Origin: Candidatus Aceula meridiana
Lineage (GTDB): Bacteria > Omnitrophota > Gorgyraeia > Zapsychrales > Aceulaceae
DNA: 64,000 nucleotides
Assembly (NCBI GenBank): GCA_030765185.1
Contig: JAVCDE010000024.1
Location: forward strand, 42,975 to 106,974
Direction of reading: 5' to 3'
This document shows positions 31,152 through 41,800 of this stretch, in pieces; the stretch's first letter is position 1; each line of letters opens with the position of its first letter. A program made the position numbers and the translations under genes. Under the pieces are notes generated by a model that was not told the DNA's origin, made no database searches, and saw nothing but the letters and a program-made list of their open reading frames with translations.

Positions 31152-32786
31152 TTATGAAAAGGTAATCAGAGACGGGTCATAGCCCTCTGGCTTTTCAAAT
31201 CCTAATAAATTTAAAAGTGTTGCCGCGACATTCGAGAGGCCCTTTTTCTCAAGGTTAGCCATTTGGTATTCACCCTTATAGCTACTATCGATAATCACAA
31301 AAGGCACAGGATTTAGCGTGTGCGCTGTACGCACAATCTTTTTCCCATTCTTCTCTGTAAACATCTCATCAGCATTACCGTGATCTGCGGTTACAACAGT
31401 AATGCCACCTAACTCATTAACGACTTCGATTAATCGGCAAATGCACTCATCCTCAGACTCTAAAGAAATTTTAATAGCCTCTTCAATGCCAGTGTGTCCG
31501 ACCATATCTCCATTAGGAAAATTAATCCTCCCGAATTGATACTCTCCGCTTTTTAAAAGCTCAATAGCTTTTTCAGTGATTTCATAGGCCTTCATTTTTG
31601 GAGCTTGGTCAAACTTAATTTTATCCGACAAAATCTCAACATACTTTTCTTTTTGCTCATCAATATATCCAGATTTATTTCCATTCCAAAAATATGTTAC
31701 ATGGCCATACTTTTGAGTCTCAGAAAGCGCAAAAGATTTAATACCGCTGTCACAAAGATACTCCCCTATTGTCTTGTCAATTTGAGGCGGATTAACTAAA
31801 TAATTCTTAGGAACTTTTAAATCCCCATCATACTCCATAATTCCGGCAAATATAACATCAGGATAACGTTCACGGTCAAATTCATTAAAATCTTTTTCAT
31901 CAAATGCGTGGGATATCTCAATAGCACGGTCTCCTCTAAAATTAAAAAAAACAACCGAATCCCCATCCTCGATAGTCCCAATAGGTTTATCGTCTTCGAC
32001 AATAACAAAAGAATCTAAATACTGATCCGTAATCTTTTCATCCTCAGCATAATACGTTTCAACAGCTTCACCTGCCGAAGAAAAGGCCCTCGCTTTTCCT
32101 AAAACATGAGCATCCCAGCCTCGTTTGACCACAGACCAATCCGCATTATAACGATCCATTGTTGTTATCATGCGTCCGCCGCCAGAAGCAATCTTATAAT
32201 CGCAGCCAAATTCTTTATTCAAAAGATTCAAAAGCTCTTCCGTCTTACCAATATATGTTGGAGCTGTTTTTTCACCAACATCACGTCCATCTAGCAAAAT
32301 ATGAAGCCTGACTTTTTGAACGCCGTCTTTGGCGCACTGTTTAACAAGGGCAAACAATTGATCAATGTGTGAATGAACATTACCATCAGAAAGCAGACCA
32401 ATCAGATGAAATGTCTTTTCTTTTGAAATTGGATTTTCAATTAATTTCTTCCAGGTGGGTGTTGTAAAAATTACGCCAGAGTCAATGGAACGGTCAACTA
32501 ACTTTGCACCTTGCGCAAAAACACGTCCAGCGCCTAAGGCATTATGCCCTACTTCGCTGTTTCCCATATCATCATCAGTAGGAAGCCCTACTGCTGTCCC
32601 ATGAGCTTGAAGGGCTGTAGAAAGCGGAGCCTCAAAAAGTTTGTCCAGGCATGGGGTGTCGGCTACAAAAACACCGTTTGTAGCATCTTTTTTTCCAAGC
32701 CCCACCCCATCCATAATGATGAGTAAAAGCGGGCCTGTGCGTTTCTGAAAACTTTTAAGAAAATTTAATTGAAGAGGCATAGTCAT
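31152..32786 (-). CDS. gpmI: 2,3-bisphosphoglycerate-independent phosphoglycerate mutase
   Basis: MGNSEVGH, SDGNVHSH, NFRGDRA, ETQKYGHVT, DMVGHTG, TADHGNAD, HT.NPVP. Confidence 0.96.
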   Translation of the reverse strand: MTMPLQLNFLKSFQKRTGPLLLIIMDGVGLGKKDATNGVFVADTPCLDKLFEAPLSTALQAHGTAVGLPTDDDMGNSEVGHNALGAGRVFAQGAKLVDRSIDSGVIFTTPTWKKLIENPISKEKTFHLIGLLSDGNVHSHIDQLFALVKQCAKDGVQKVRLHILLDGRDVGEKTAPTYIGKTEELLNLLNKEFGCDYKIASGGGRMITTMDRYNADWSVVKRGWDAHVLGKARAFSSAGEAVETYYAEDEKITDQYLDSFVIVEDDKPIGTIEDGDSVVFFNFRGDRAIEISHAFDEKDFNEFDRERYPDVIFAGIMEYDGDLKVPKNYLVNPPQIDKTIGEYLCDSGIKSFALSETQKYGHVTYFWNGNKSGYIDEQKEKYVEILSDKIKFDQAPKMKAYEITEKAIELLKSGEYQFGRINFPNGDMVGHTGIEEAIKISLESEDECICRLIEVVNELGGITVVTADHGNADEMFTEKNGKKIVRTAHTLNPVPFVIIDSSYKGEYQMANLEKKGLSNVAATLLNLLGFEKPEGYDPSLITFS

Positions 32787-32881
32787 TAATACGTATATAA
32801 ATACTTAACTTATTTTACATAAAAATGGAAATTTTAAAACTAGTTTTTCAATTATTTTGATTGGAGCAAAAGGAAGGGATT

Positions 32882-33067
32882 TTAAATATGAATTTTTAAA
32901 TCATTGTACTTAAGCCATTCTGAAGCAAAACGCTTGTACCAATCATCTGCAGCGGGTTGAAACCCAACATCCTGGCCTTTTTTTTCGCCCTCGAACCATT
33001 GATGACGCTGAATTTCATCAACAACGCGTCTATCTCTAAGCAGGTCATCTAGTTTATATTTGCACAT
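32882..33067 (-). CDS. Small DUF4032-like protein
   Basis: EI.RH.W..GEK.G.DVG...AA.DW pattern; AAGGAG RBS. Confidence 0.7.
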   Translation of the reverse strand: MCKYKLDDLLRDRRVVDEIQRHQWFEGEKKGQDVGFQPAADDWYKRFASEWLKYNDLKIHI

Positions 33068-33088
33068 GGTTCTCCTTTATCTGTTTAT

Positions 33089-33118
33089 ATTCTACCCCGA
33101 AAGAGCTCATTCTGTCAA
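33089..33118 (-). promoter_or_regulatory. Sigma70 promoter for the DUF4032-like gene
   Basis: TTGACA-18 nt-TAGAAT. Confidence 0.6.
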
Positions 33119-33142
33119 GAAAATTAAATTTCAAGTAGAGAT

Positions 33143-33895
33143 TTAAGTTACTCTGATACAAGTATTTACATCAAAAGGATTTGCCCTCATAGCTAGCGAG
33201 AACAAATACGGGTAGGAACCCTTGAGATGGCGCATATAATTTAGCCATTGGATAACTAAGTGGCCATAAACTCGATTTAAGTCACCTGCCAAGTGGCGTA
33301 CATCTGCACCTTGAGACAAACTCAAATCATCGCGCCTAGATAATTCATCCATAAGATGAAACACGGACCATAACAAATTCGTAAACGACTCATGCTCTAA
33401 AAGATTGGGGTTAGCTAAAAAATTAACAAGACAAAGTCGTTTTGATAAAAGCAAAGTTTTAACCGCTTTCAAATCTCCTTTACTGATATCAATATCCACC
33501 TTACGGGTTTCAATATACTTCTGTGCATGTACGAAATCTTTTTTGGTCCACTTCGTTGTGATGACCAACTCCTGCCCTGCATACTCTTTTGTGTTATCAA
33601 ACTTAACGAAAAGATCTAAAAGGTCAGTCCCAACCTCAGCAAAAAAAGTTCCAATAAGCATATTCATTTTGTTCAAAAGCGACCGTTTCTCTTTTAAAGT
33701 GAGCAAACGGTTCAGAACAATCGTGACTAAAAGAACTTCTAAGAATACAAAAGCAATATCCCCGATTAAATAAATAAAAATATGATGTGCGTCATGGAAA
33801 ATAAGATAGTGAATAAAATAAACCAATGCCGAAAGCGCCACCAAGCTTATTCCCAGCCACACTTGCCAGTTAAAAATTTTCTTAAGCTTTTTCAT
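33143..33895 (-). CDS. Hypothetical membrane protein (2 TM + soluble domain)
   Basis: Two N-terminal TMs; NMLIGTFFAEVG, NPNLLEHE, YPYLFSLA.RANPF. Confidence 0.75.
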   Translation of the reverse strand: MKKLKKIFNWQVWLGISLVALSALVYFIHYLIFHDAHHIFIYLIGDIAFVFLEVLLVTIVLNRLLTLKEKRSLLNKMNMLIGTFFAEVGTDLLDLFVKFDNTKEYAGQELVITTKWTKKDFVHAQKYIETRKVDIDISKGDLKAVKTLLLSKRLCLVNFLANPNLLEHESFTNLLWSVFHLMDELSRRDDLSLSQGADVRHLAGDLNRVYGHLVIQWLNYMRHLKGSYPYLFSLAMRANPFDVNTCIRVT

Positions 33896-33903
33896 AGATT
33901 TTC

Positions 33904-34776
33904 CTATTTATAAATATTTCCTTTTGACGGAATATACTCCCTCATAAGATCCCCCTCTGGAGTATAATATTTTGCCCATATCAGCATACTATCTTTATAC
34001 AAGCTTCTCTCTCGAACATTTCCATATTCGTCATAAACAATTGCTTCGCCTTGCGCTGACCCCTCCACATAATTTGCATCACGGCTTACCTTCCCATTTG
34101 AATGAAAATTCTGTACGTGCCCATGCGTCTTGCCATTTTTAGAGGGAATGGAAGCCATCAAGTTCCCAAGCCCATCATAATTATGACGTTTATATTTTTC
34201 TCCATTCAAGGAATACGTTTCACTGCTTAACTTTCCACTCTTCCTAAAATATTTCTCTGTGCAATGCTCACCTTTTTCATCGTCGTGGTACAAAAAAACT
34301 CTTTCAATCGTCCCATCTTTACGATATCGATGGTCCAGTCTAATTCCTGCCTCAACCTTTTGAGAAAAAAGAACCTTCCCTTGCCCAGCATAACTCCGCA
34401 CCTCTTTTAAAACATTCTCCCGATAGATCTCTTCTCTGACAAGAACTCCTTCTTGAGAATAAGTTTTAAAAGAACCTTCAAGTCCAAGGTCATTGACCGT
34501 CCACTCAAGATTAAGCTTTCCGTTTGGATAGTATTCTTTTTGAAGCCCGAAGCTGCGGCCTTTTTCATAAGTTCTTTCTGAAACAAGCCATCCTTCCAGA
34601 CTATAGTTTTTAAAGATTCCATCTTCTAGGCCATTTTTAAAATAACCTTCGAACTTTAAACTACCATCAGAATAATACTCTTCGTAGGGACCGTTTTCTG
34701 GGTAATTAAGACCAAAAGATGCACTACAAAAGAACGCACCGATAAAAATTGTCAGGATAACTATTTTTTCAAACAT
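33904..34776 (-). CDS. Exported MORN-variant (YwqK-like) repeat protein
   Basis: Signal peptide; repeated YY.xG.L..E..Y..G..G units. Confidence 0.8.
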   Translation of the reverse strand: MFEKIVILTIFIGAFFCSASFGLNYPENGPYEEYYSDGSLKFEGYFKNGLEDGIFKNYSLEGWLVSERTYEKGRSFGLQKEYYPNGKLNLEWTVNDLGLEGSFKTYSQEGVLVREEIYRENVLKEVRSYAGQGKVLFSQKVEAGIRLDHRYRKDGTIERVFLYHDDEKGEHCTEKYFRKSGKLSSETYSLNGEKYKRHNYDGLGNLMASIPSKNGKTHGHVQNFHSNGKVSRDANYVEGSAQGEAIVYDEYGNVRERSLYKDSMLIWAKYYTPEGDLMREYIPSKGNIYK

Positions 34777-36197
34777 TAAATCCCTACGCGAATTCGATAC
34801 TTAACAGTGACTTCGCCGTCTTTAGGAACATTGACGTCAAAACGCGCGGTAAATGCTCCAATTTTCTCATATCGGTGACTATTAGAAATCATAGTCCAGT
34901 TACCATAAAGCGGTTCAATGAGGCCAACAGTTACAGCTTCTTTCTTATGATTACGCACAGTTATTTCCCATTCTGTTTCATACATGCGCGTAGAAATCTG
35001 ACGAAAATCTGTTTGTTTGCGCTCTGCCACGATATCAAAAGCCTCGCCGACTTTGATTTTTACCTCTTCATCTTTAGGTGTGTGGTCAATGCGATCTTCA
35101 CCGATAAACTGCAACGAACCTTTATCATCTTGCTTGTAAAGACGTATGATCCCAGCAGGCAAAGGCATCCCAAGCTTATTTCTTTCTTCGTTTTTGAATT
35201 TTACAAAAACTTTAATTTTTTGTTTTGGAATTTCTTCGCGGTATTGACGCGTATAATACCCTTGTTCACCATAGACTAAAAATTCTTTTTCAATATTAAA
35301 CCCATTGGCTTCCAACAAGCTGATTTGTTTTGTCTGATTATTCTTAATATCTGTCTGACGCTGCAAATCATAGATATGATATTCAAAAAATGCTTGTTCG
35401 TGAAACTGGGGTGCTGCCATGGATTTCATAGCCAAATCTTCCATGGCATACCGCAATCCACCGCCCCGATTTTGCTGAACACGATTAACATCACCGGCAA
35501 CAAGTTTTAATTTAGCATGATTATAGGTCGCGCCACTTTTGTTGTCGATGGTAACCCAACCCGAGAGGTCTGCGCCGGTATCTTTTTTATCTAACACCAA
35601 AACATAATCTGCTTTCCAGTTGATGCCGTTAGTCAGATACGAAACTTGAAGATCATGCGCCTTGGCGCTACTTGCATACATCCATGTTAAAGTTGGCTTA
35701 GCAATTAAATTTTCCGGAATCTTTGGCAAAACTTGATAACCCGGATAGCCTAAATAGATTTCCTCTCCGACTTTATAAATTTGTCCATTGTTATTGCTTA
35801 GCAACGTTGCCTCAATAACACTTTTACAATCCTGATACTGATTGTTTTCCATCAGCTTAATTTTCTTGCCGACATACTTATCTAGAAGCTTGTCTCGATC
35901 CATTAAGTCATATTCATAATTTTGTTCTAACACTGCGAATTTGTCTGGCGAGCTTAAAGATTTGGCATGAACTGTCACGGGCATAATCTGGGCAGCCACA
36001 TCCATAAATTGAAGCTCGTTTTCTTGCCCTGTTGGCAAATTGATTTTACGCGTATCTTTAACAAGTCCAAGATTCGAATTATAAACCGTAACCTCAACAC
36101 CTGTTTGATCATCGATAGTAGATTTGGTTACAGTCTGTGCCTGTGCAAGTGAAAATGAAAACAAAACAACAGTAACAACTAATAAAATCTTCCTCAT
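34776..36197 (-). CDS. Exported DUF4139/DUF4140-type protein
   Basis: Signal peptide (AQA), VTVYNSNLGLVKD.R, EQNYEYDL, YLT.GINWKADY, PLPAG..RLY. Confidence 0.8.
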   Translation of the reverse strand: MRKILLVVTVVLFSFSLAQAQTVTKSTIDDQTGVEVTVYNSNLGLVKDTRKINLPTGQENELQFMDVAAQIMPVTVHAKSLSSPDKFAVLEQNYEYDLMDRDKLLDKYVGKKIKLMENNQYQDCKSVIEATLLSNNNGQIYKVGEEIYLGYPGYQVLPKIPENLIAKPTLTWMYASSAKAHDLQVSYLTNGINWKADYVLVLDKKDTGADLSGWVTIDNKSGATYNHAKLKLVAGDVNRVQQNRGGGLRYAMEDLAMKSMAAPQFHEQAFFEYHIYDLQRQTDIKNNQTKQISLLEANGFNIEKEFLVYGEQGYYTRQYREEIPKQKIKVFVKFKNEERNKLGMPLPAGIIRLYKQDDKGSLQFIGEDRIDHTPKDEEVKIKVGEAFDIVAERKQTDFRQISTRMYETEWEITVRNHKKEAVTVGLIEPLYGNWTMISNSHRYEKIGAFTARFDVNVPKDGEVTVKYRIRVGI

Positions 36198-36220
36198 GAT
36201 TCCACCCCCTATTTTAAATT

Positions 36221-37294
36221 TTACACACTAAACCGAAAAAAAGTTACATCTCCGTCTTTCATTTCATATTCTTTGCCCTCAAGAGACACTAAATTCTTTT
36301 GCTTAAGAGCTCCATAGCTACCTTCACGCTTTAAATCATCATATTTAAAAATTTCTGCACGAATAAAACCGCGTTCCATATCCGTATGAATTTTACCAGC
36401 AGCCTGCGGCGCTTTGGTGCCTTTAGAAATAAGCCAAGCACGAGATTCTGTTGGTCCAGCGGTAAAAAAACAAATTAAGCCTAAAAGCTCTTGGCCTGCC
36501 TTTGCAAGTTTTGCTAATCCAGGCGAGGTAATACCCGCATCCTCATAATAACTATTTCGATCTTCAAGAGGTAACTCTAAAATTTCTGCCTCAAGTTTTG
36601 TTGATAAAACAATAACCTGCGTCTTTTCTTTTTCTGCTAATTCTCTTAAAGGATTAAGCATGTCGTCACATGGATCTCCCTCAGATGTATTGGCAACATA
36701 AAGAATCGGTTTCATGGTTAAAAATTGGAACTCTCCAACGATATCTTCTGACAGATTAAGCGAACGTGCAGACTTTCCATCATTAAAACCCTTAATAGCA
36801 ATATCCAAAGCCTCTATTTTATTCTTTGCGCTTTGGTCTCCGGATTTTGCAACTTTCATCAAACGATCATAAACTTTTTCTGCTTGCTGCAAATCCGCAA
36901 GCAACAATTCAGTTTCGATAGTCTCAGCAGCATGAATTGGATTTAGGTCTCCTGTGGCGTTAACAATGTTCTCATCATGAAAACAGCGGACCACATGACA
37001 GATCGCATCGACGTTACGAATATTTGCTAAAAATTTATTTCCCAAACCTTCGCCCTGACTTGCCCCTTTAACAATGCCAGCAATATCCACAAACCGAATT
37101 CCACTTGGCGTAATTTTTGCACTTTCAAACTCTTTGGCCAAATACGTCAGTCTTTCATCCGCTAGTGGCACAATACCGATATTGGGCTCTATGGTTGTAA
37201 ACGGAAAATTTTCCGCTGCAACGCCAGCGCCTGTTAGTGCATTAAAAAGTGTGGATTTGCCTACGTTAGGAAGGCCAACAATTCCAATTTCCAT
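36221..37294 (-). CDS. ychF: Redox-regulated ATPase YchF
   Basis: GIVGLPNVGKSTLFNALT, VDIAG, GEGLGNKFL, FFTAG, AAGKIHTD. Confidence 0.97.
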   Translation of the reverse strand: MEIGIVGLPNVGKSTLFNALTGAGVAAENFPFTTIEPNIGIVPLADERLTYLAKEFESAKITPSGIRFVDIAGIVKGASQGEGLGNKFLANIRNVDAICHVVRCFHDENIVNATGDLNPIHAAETIETELLLADLQQAEKVYDRLMKVAKSGDQSAKNKIEALDIAIKGFNDGKSARSLNLSEDIVGEFQFLTMKPILYVANTSEGDPCDDMLNPLRELAEKEKTQVIVLSTKLEAEILELPLEDRNSYYEDAGITSPGLAKLAKAGQELLGLICFFTAGPTESRAWLISKGTKAPQAAGKIHTDMERGFIRAEIFKYDDLKREGSYGALKQKNLVSLEGKEYEMKDGDVTFFRFSV

Positions 37295-37309
37295 AAATTA
37301 TATCACTCT

Positions 37310-38752
37310 CTATAAAATCGATATGAGTACATCAACAATGCTTTGATCAATTGTGTCCCCCATATCGCGAAGGGCTTTTTTAGCTTGATCTTCGGTTAAT
37401 GCTTTTCGATAAGGACGGTCTGTCATAATTGCATCCACAATATCTGCAACCGCTAAAATACGCACCAAAGGATGAATCTCCTCACCCTTCAACCCATCTG
37501 GATATCCGCTACCATCAAGTTTTTCATGATGGTGGCGAATGATATCACATAAATTTGATAAAGATGTTACAGGTTTAACAATGCCCTCACCAATAGCTGG
37601 ATGATTTTTCATAACCACCCACTCTTGATCATTCAAAGGGCCTGGCTTACACAAAATGTCATCTGTCACACCGATTTTCCCGAGATCATGAAGACGAGCT
37701 GCATCTCGCAAAATCCTCTTGTCTTCTTCGTTTAGATTCATTTTTTCAGCAATCTTAACTGAATAATCAGAAACTCTGTCTAAGTGCCCGCGCGAATATG
37801 GATCCTTGGCCTCAACCGCAAAAGCCAAAGCTGAAATAATATCAAAATATGTTTTTTCGGCATCCACGTTGAGCTTGTCATTTTCAACGGCAACAGCCGT
37901 CTGCAGGGCGACACTACTCACCAATGAAATCTCTTCATCGCCAAAATTTATATCAACTGTACGTCCACAAATCGCAATAACACCCAAAACCTTATCATGA
38001 ATGAGCAACGGAGCAGCAACCATAGGAAATTCGAAAAGGTCTTGTTTGGCAACAGCCTTCAGAGCCACCTCATCCATCTTAGGAACAACGAGATTCTGCT
38101 TGGAAAGTATGACGGAGCTAAAAATACTATTATCGATTGAAAATTTTGTTTTCCTAGTAACTTTCTTATTATCTCCGTAAATCGTGTTAACATACAGCTC
38201 AGTTCTTTCTTCATCTGTTAAAAACAAAATTCCTGATTTACCGCCAATGGCCTGGGCGATGGTCTCAACGATAAGCTCCAAAAAAGTATCAATATTCTGA
38301 ATCGAGGAAATGCCTTCGCCAACGCGCGTTAAAACAGTTTGAAGCGTCTCTTTAGCGAGCTCAAGTTTTTGAACATTCTCTTCAAGCTTTGTAGTAACCT
38401 CGTTAAACGTGCGCGTTAAAACAGCAACCTCATTATCTCCCTCTTGCATCTTTTTTAATTTTTCTTGACCAAAAATATTCTCCAGAGCGGTCTTGCTGGC
38501 TTTAGTCACGTTCATAATTTTACGTAAAATAAGACTCATTACAAAATAACCAACGCCGATGCCCAAAACAACAAACATTAGGGTCATGCTTAAGTTGTCA
38601 GCCGTCAGCTCAAGCTCTCCACCACTTTTAAGTTGCACATAAAGATAGTAAATAATTCCAAGGGGAATAATAGAAATCAGGATAAACAGAATGTTAAATT
38701 GGGAAACAAGAGAGGCCTTGGCAAAAGGTGTCATCTTGGGTTTCGTTGTCAC
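37310..38752 (-). CDS. Membrane GAF + HD-GYP phosphodiesterase
   Basis: 2 TM, HAMP-like linker, GAF, HDLGKIG, HHEKLDGSGYPDGL; likely GTG start at 38752 behind AAGGAG. Confidence 0.9.
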   Translation of the reverse strand: MTTKPKMTPFAKASLVSQFNILFILISIIPLGIIYYLYVQLKSGGELELTADNLSMTLMFVVLGIGVGYFVMSLILRKIMNVTKASKTALENIFGQEKLKKMQEGDNEVAVLTRTFNEVTTKLEENVQKLELAKETLQTVLTRVGEGISSIQNIDTFLELIVETIAQAIGGKSGILFLTDEERTELYVNTIYGDNKKVTRKTKFSIDNSIFSSVILSKQNLVVPKMDEVALKAVAKQDLFEFPMVAAPLLIHDKVLGVIAICGRTVDINFGDEEISLVSSVALQTAVAVENDKLNVDAEKTYFDIISALAFAVEAKDPYSRGHLDRVSDYSVKIAEKMNLNEEDKRILRDAARLHDLGKIGVTDDILCKPGPLNDQEWVVMKNHPAIGEGIVKPVTSLSNLCDIIRHHHEKLDGSGYPDGLKGEEIHPLVRILAVADIVDAIMTDRPYRKALTEDQAKKALRDMGDTIDQSIVDVLISIL

Positions 38753-38857
38753 GTGTTCTCTCCTTATAATAACCATAATAATATTAGTAAATAAAAAAAG
38801 ACAAGTGATTATAGCATACTCACCTGCCTTAAGACAACAATGCTTTACGATAGCTCT

Positions 38858-41800
38858 CTACTGCTTCCTTACCGTCGCCTCACCTAGTCGAGTTAGGCTC
38901 AAAGCCTCGTCTTCTGCTCCCTCTCCCTCATTTAAACCCATTAACATGTTAAAATTTGTAATCGGAATAATGTTAATAATAACAGGAACAAAACCCTCAG
39001 CTTGACTTAGCGTCGCTGCATCAATTTCAGGAATATTAAATGCTACGCCCTCGCCTTTGGTCTCGACCTCAAACCCATCTGCATCGAAATCAATGCCTCC
39101 GGGTTTTTGAATTGACGGGGAACCTGCGCGCCCATCGATACTGCTTTTAGGTTTCGTGGGGCTATTTCCCCCAGAGATTGAGGTGTGTTTTTCTATCGCG
39201 ATGGAAAAACCTTCGCTTGGGAAATCTATTGTCTCCATGCCTCGCATACCCAACCCTATGGCGTCACGAATAGCACGAAAACTTTCTGGCGAAATTAAAA
39301 CTATATCTGTCCCAATCTTATCCCTCCTTATCGAAGATAAAAGCTCTACATCTCGATTACCTCGACTTTCTTTTTTTAATCGCGTTAAAATATCTCCGCG
39401 CCCTTCGAGCATTTCTCTAACCTCGGAAAGATTAAAAGACCTTACCAGCTCTAAAATAAAATCTTCTAAGTCTTTCGCAAGACTTTCTAAAGAATCTTTT
39501 GATGACCTCTCCGTTTCTTTCTCTTTATTTAATACTTCAGCATAACGTGTCCAAGCATAATCATAGGCAGTTGCAGACCCAGTATCTCTTCCACCATAAA
39601 TAATCTTGGGAGAGTGCGTTTCACCCTCCGTAGAATTGACAATATTAGGATTGCCAAGACTATAGCGAAGATATAGGTCTCTTATCTTAGGATAATTCTC
39701 AAATTTAAGTTGGTCAGACCCTAAATCAATGATAAAAGCAGGAACAGCATCCCTCCCTCTCTTGGCTTCCATATATACTTTATGCCTTCCGCGCAAAATA
39801 TACGCCTCGTTGTCTTTTCCTAATTTCAATAAAAGAACCGGTGGGGCAGGAAGCCCTAATTTTTCTCGAATAAATGCCTTAATGCGAACAATATTTATTT
39901 GATAAAAATTTAAATTAAAATCCTGCTCGAAATAAATATTTTTAAGCGGAAATTCTAAGTCAACACTCTCTTTTACAAGCTTAGGATACTCGTCTTTTAG
40001 GTCATTTTTTAAAAGACTGCCTACGGCATTCCGCAAATTTTTCCACGTAAAATCAGTATTAATATTGTTTAAAACTTGATAATAATCTTTTTCCTCTAAA
40101 GGAATATCAACAATGTAATCATATCTTTTTCCGCGAGAATCTTCTTTCTCTCTGAAATCCCACTGTTTTAAAATTTCGACAACTTTCTTATTATCCGTAA
40201 TAACATCAATCTTTCCACCTTTCGACAAGCTCCAACGGCAACGATTAATGTAATCTAAAATATTTCTTTCATCATAGTCAGACGTTTCGGATAACGATAA
40301 AAAAGTAATATGATCAAACAGTACCTCTTCGGGTTGATCATAATTACCGCCTGCATAAAATGATGTTTCGCCAAGGTTCTGCTTAATAAATGTAATTCCT
40401 GAATTCTTCTTAAGCCCTTCCCGAATAAGATCTCCTTGAATATCATTTGCAATAATATATGCACCCTTTTCTCCGTATTCGTAATCATAAAATGAGCTTG
40501 TTTTTTCGCCCTCCCCCGCTCCAAAATCAAGGACAACTTTAACATTAGGATTGTTTTTTCGAAAAATATCAAGAAAATCCTCAAACAACATTGCCACCAA
40601 TGCGTACGGCTCCCTTTCAAAATTATTAATAGCCGTTTCTCGATCGCCATCTTTCTCTTCCAAAGAAATTCTAATAGCACAGCCAAAACGAAATGGGATA
40701 TAAACTTCATCCTCAAGCGTTACGACAACATGTTCTAAATCAACATACATTTCATTTAAAAAGAACTTTTGTTCCTCGCTCAAATATTCTTTAAGATTAG
40801 CAGCAAGAACATCCTTAGATAATAATTTTTTCCCAATTTCATAAAAATAAGAAAATAGTTTCGTCTTTTTACCATCCTCGATTAGATCAAATGTTCGTCT
40901 AATTGCAAAAATATCATTGGCGTTAGGAATACTAAAAGGAAAGTTCTTTCTAAGGAGTTCTGCCTCTTCCTTCAAAATACGCTCTGACATCCTGATAAAA
41001 TCCTGCATTCTGATAACAAGGCTTACCGGCATTGAATCGTGGCCAGGCGCCATTCCAATAGCAATAGCACGTCTTGCGAGACTAATAGACTTTTCATACT
41101 TTTTCATGTCAAAATATTTCTCAGCAATCTCAAAAGTAATTCTCGAACGAACGCCGTGGGGAGAAGCCTTGTCGAGTTTATTACGCAATGCCTTTATGTC
41201 CTCTAATATTCTTTTATTTTTCCTAGAAACCTTAAAATCTATGCTGTCCTCCTCGTCGTCTTCTTTCCCTTTTCTGCCTTTTAGGTTAAAAATTTCTTTC
41301 CCTTCCTCCAGAGAACTTATACCCCGAACAATATTCGTAAATATTTGGTTCGGGACAGAGCCAAAAACTTTATCCTGAAGACCTTGATAAAAAGTAACAG
41401 AGAATTTTTTCCGCTCATCGCTTCCGGCACCCCGTAGATAACGGTGGATTGAAATACCTTTTTCTTTTAATATCTTTGCAAATTTCTTACCTTCTTTTGT
41501 TCTTAAAAAGCCTTCACCCGATTCATGGAAAAATCCAATGCTAGAAAGAATGTTTTGGTCAAGATAAACTCGATTCTTTTCAATATTATGCAAACCTTTA
41601 ATGTTGTAAGAATTTTCTTTAAGAAGATAAATGTCCTGCCTTTCCGAATACCTAGCAATAGCTGTAGCGATTTCTAAATCCATTCCCGTAAGCTTTCTTA
41701 TTTTGATATTATCCTTAATATCCCGAACATAAATCTTTTTAGCAATATCTGAAACCTTGTCTCCAAATTCAATAAAATTAATCCCTATCCCCTCCTTATC

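Noticed and set aside
33904-34776. Toxin-antitoxin immunity gene (YwqK label)
   Set aside because: It has a signal peptide and generic MORN-variant repeats, with no adjacent toxin
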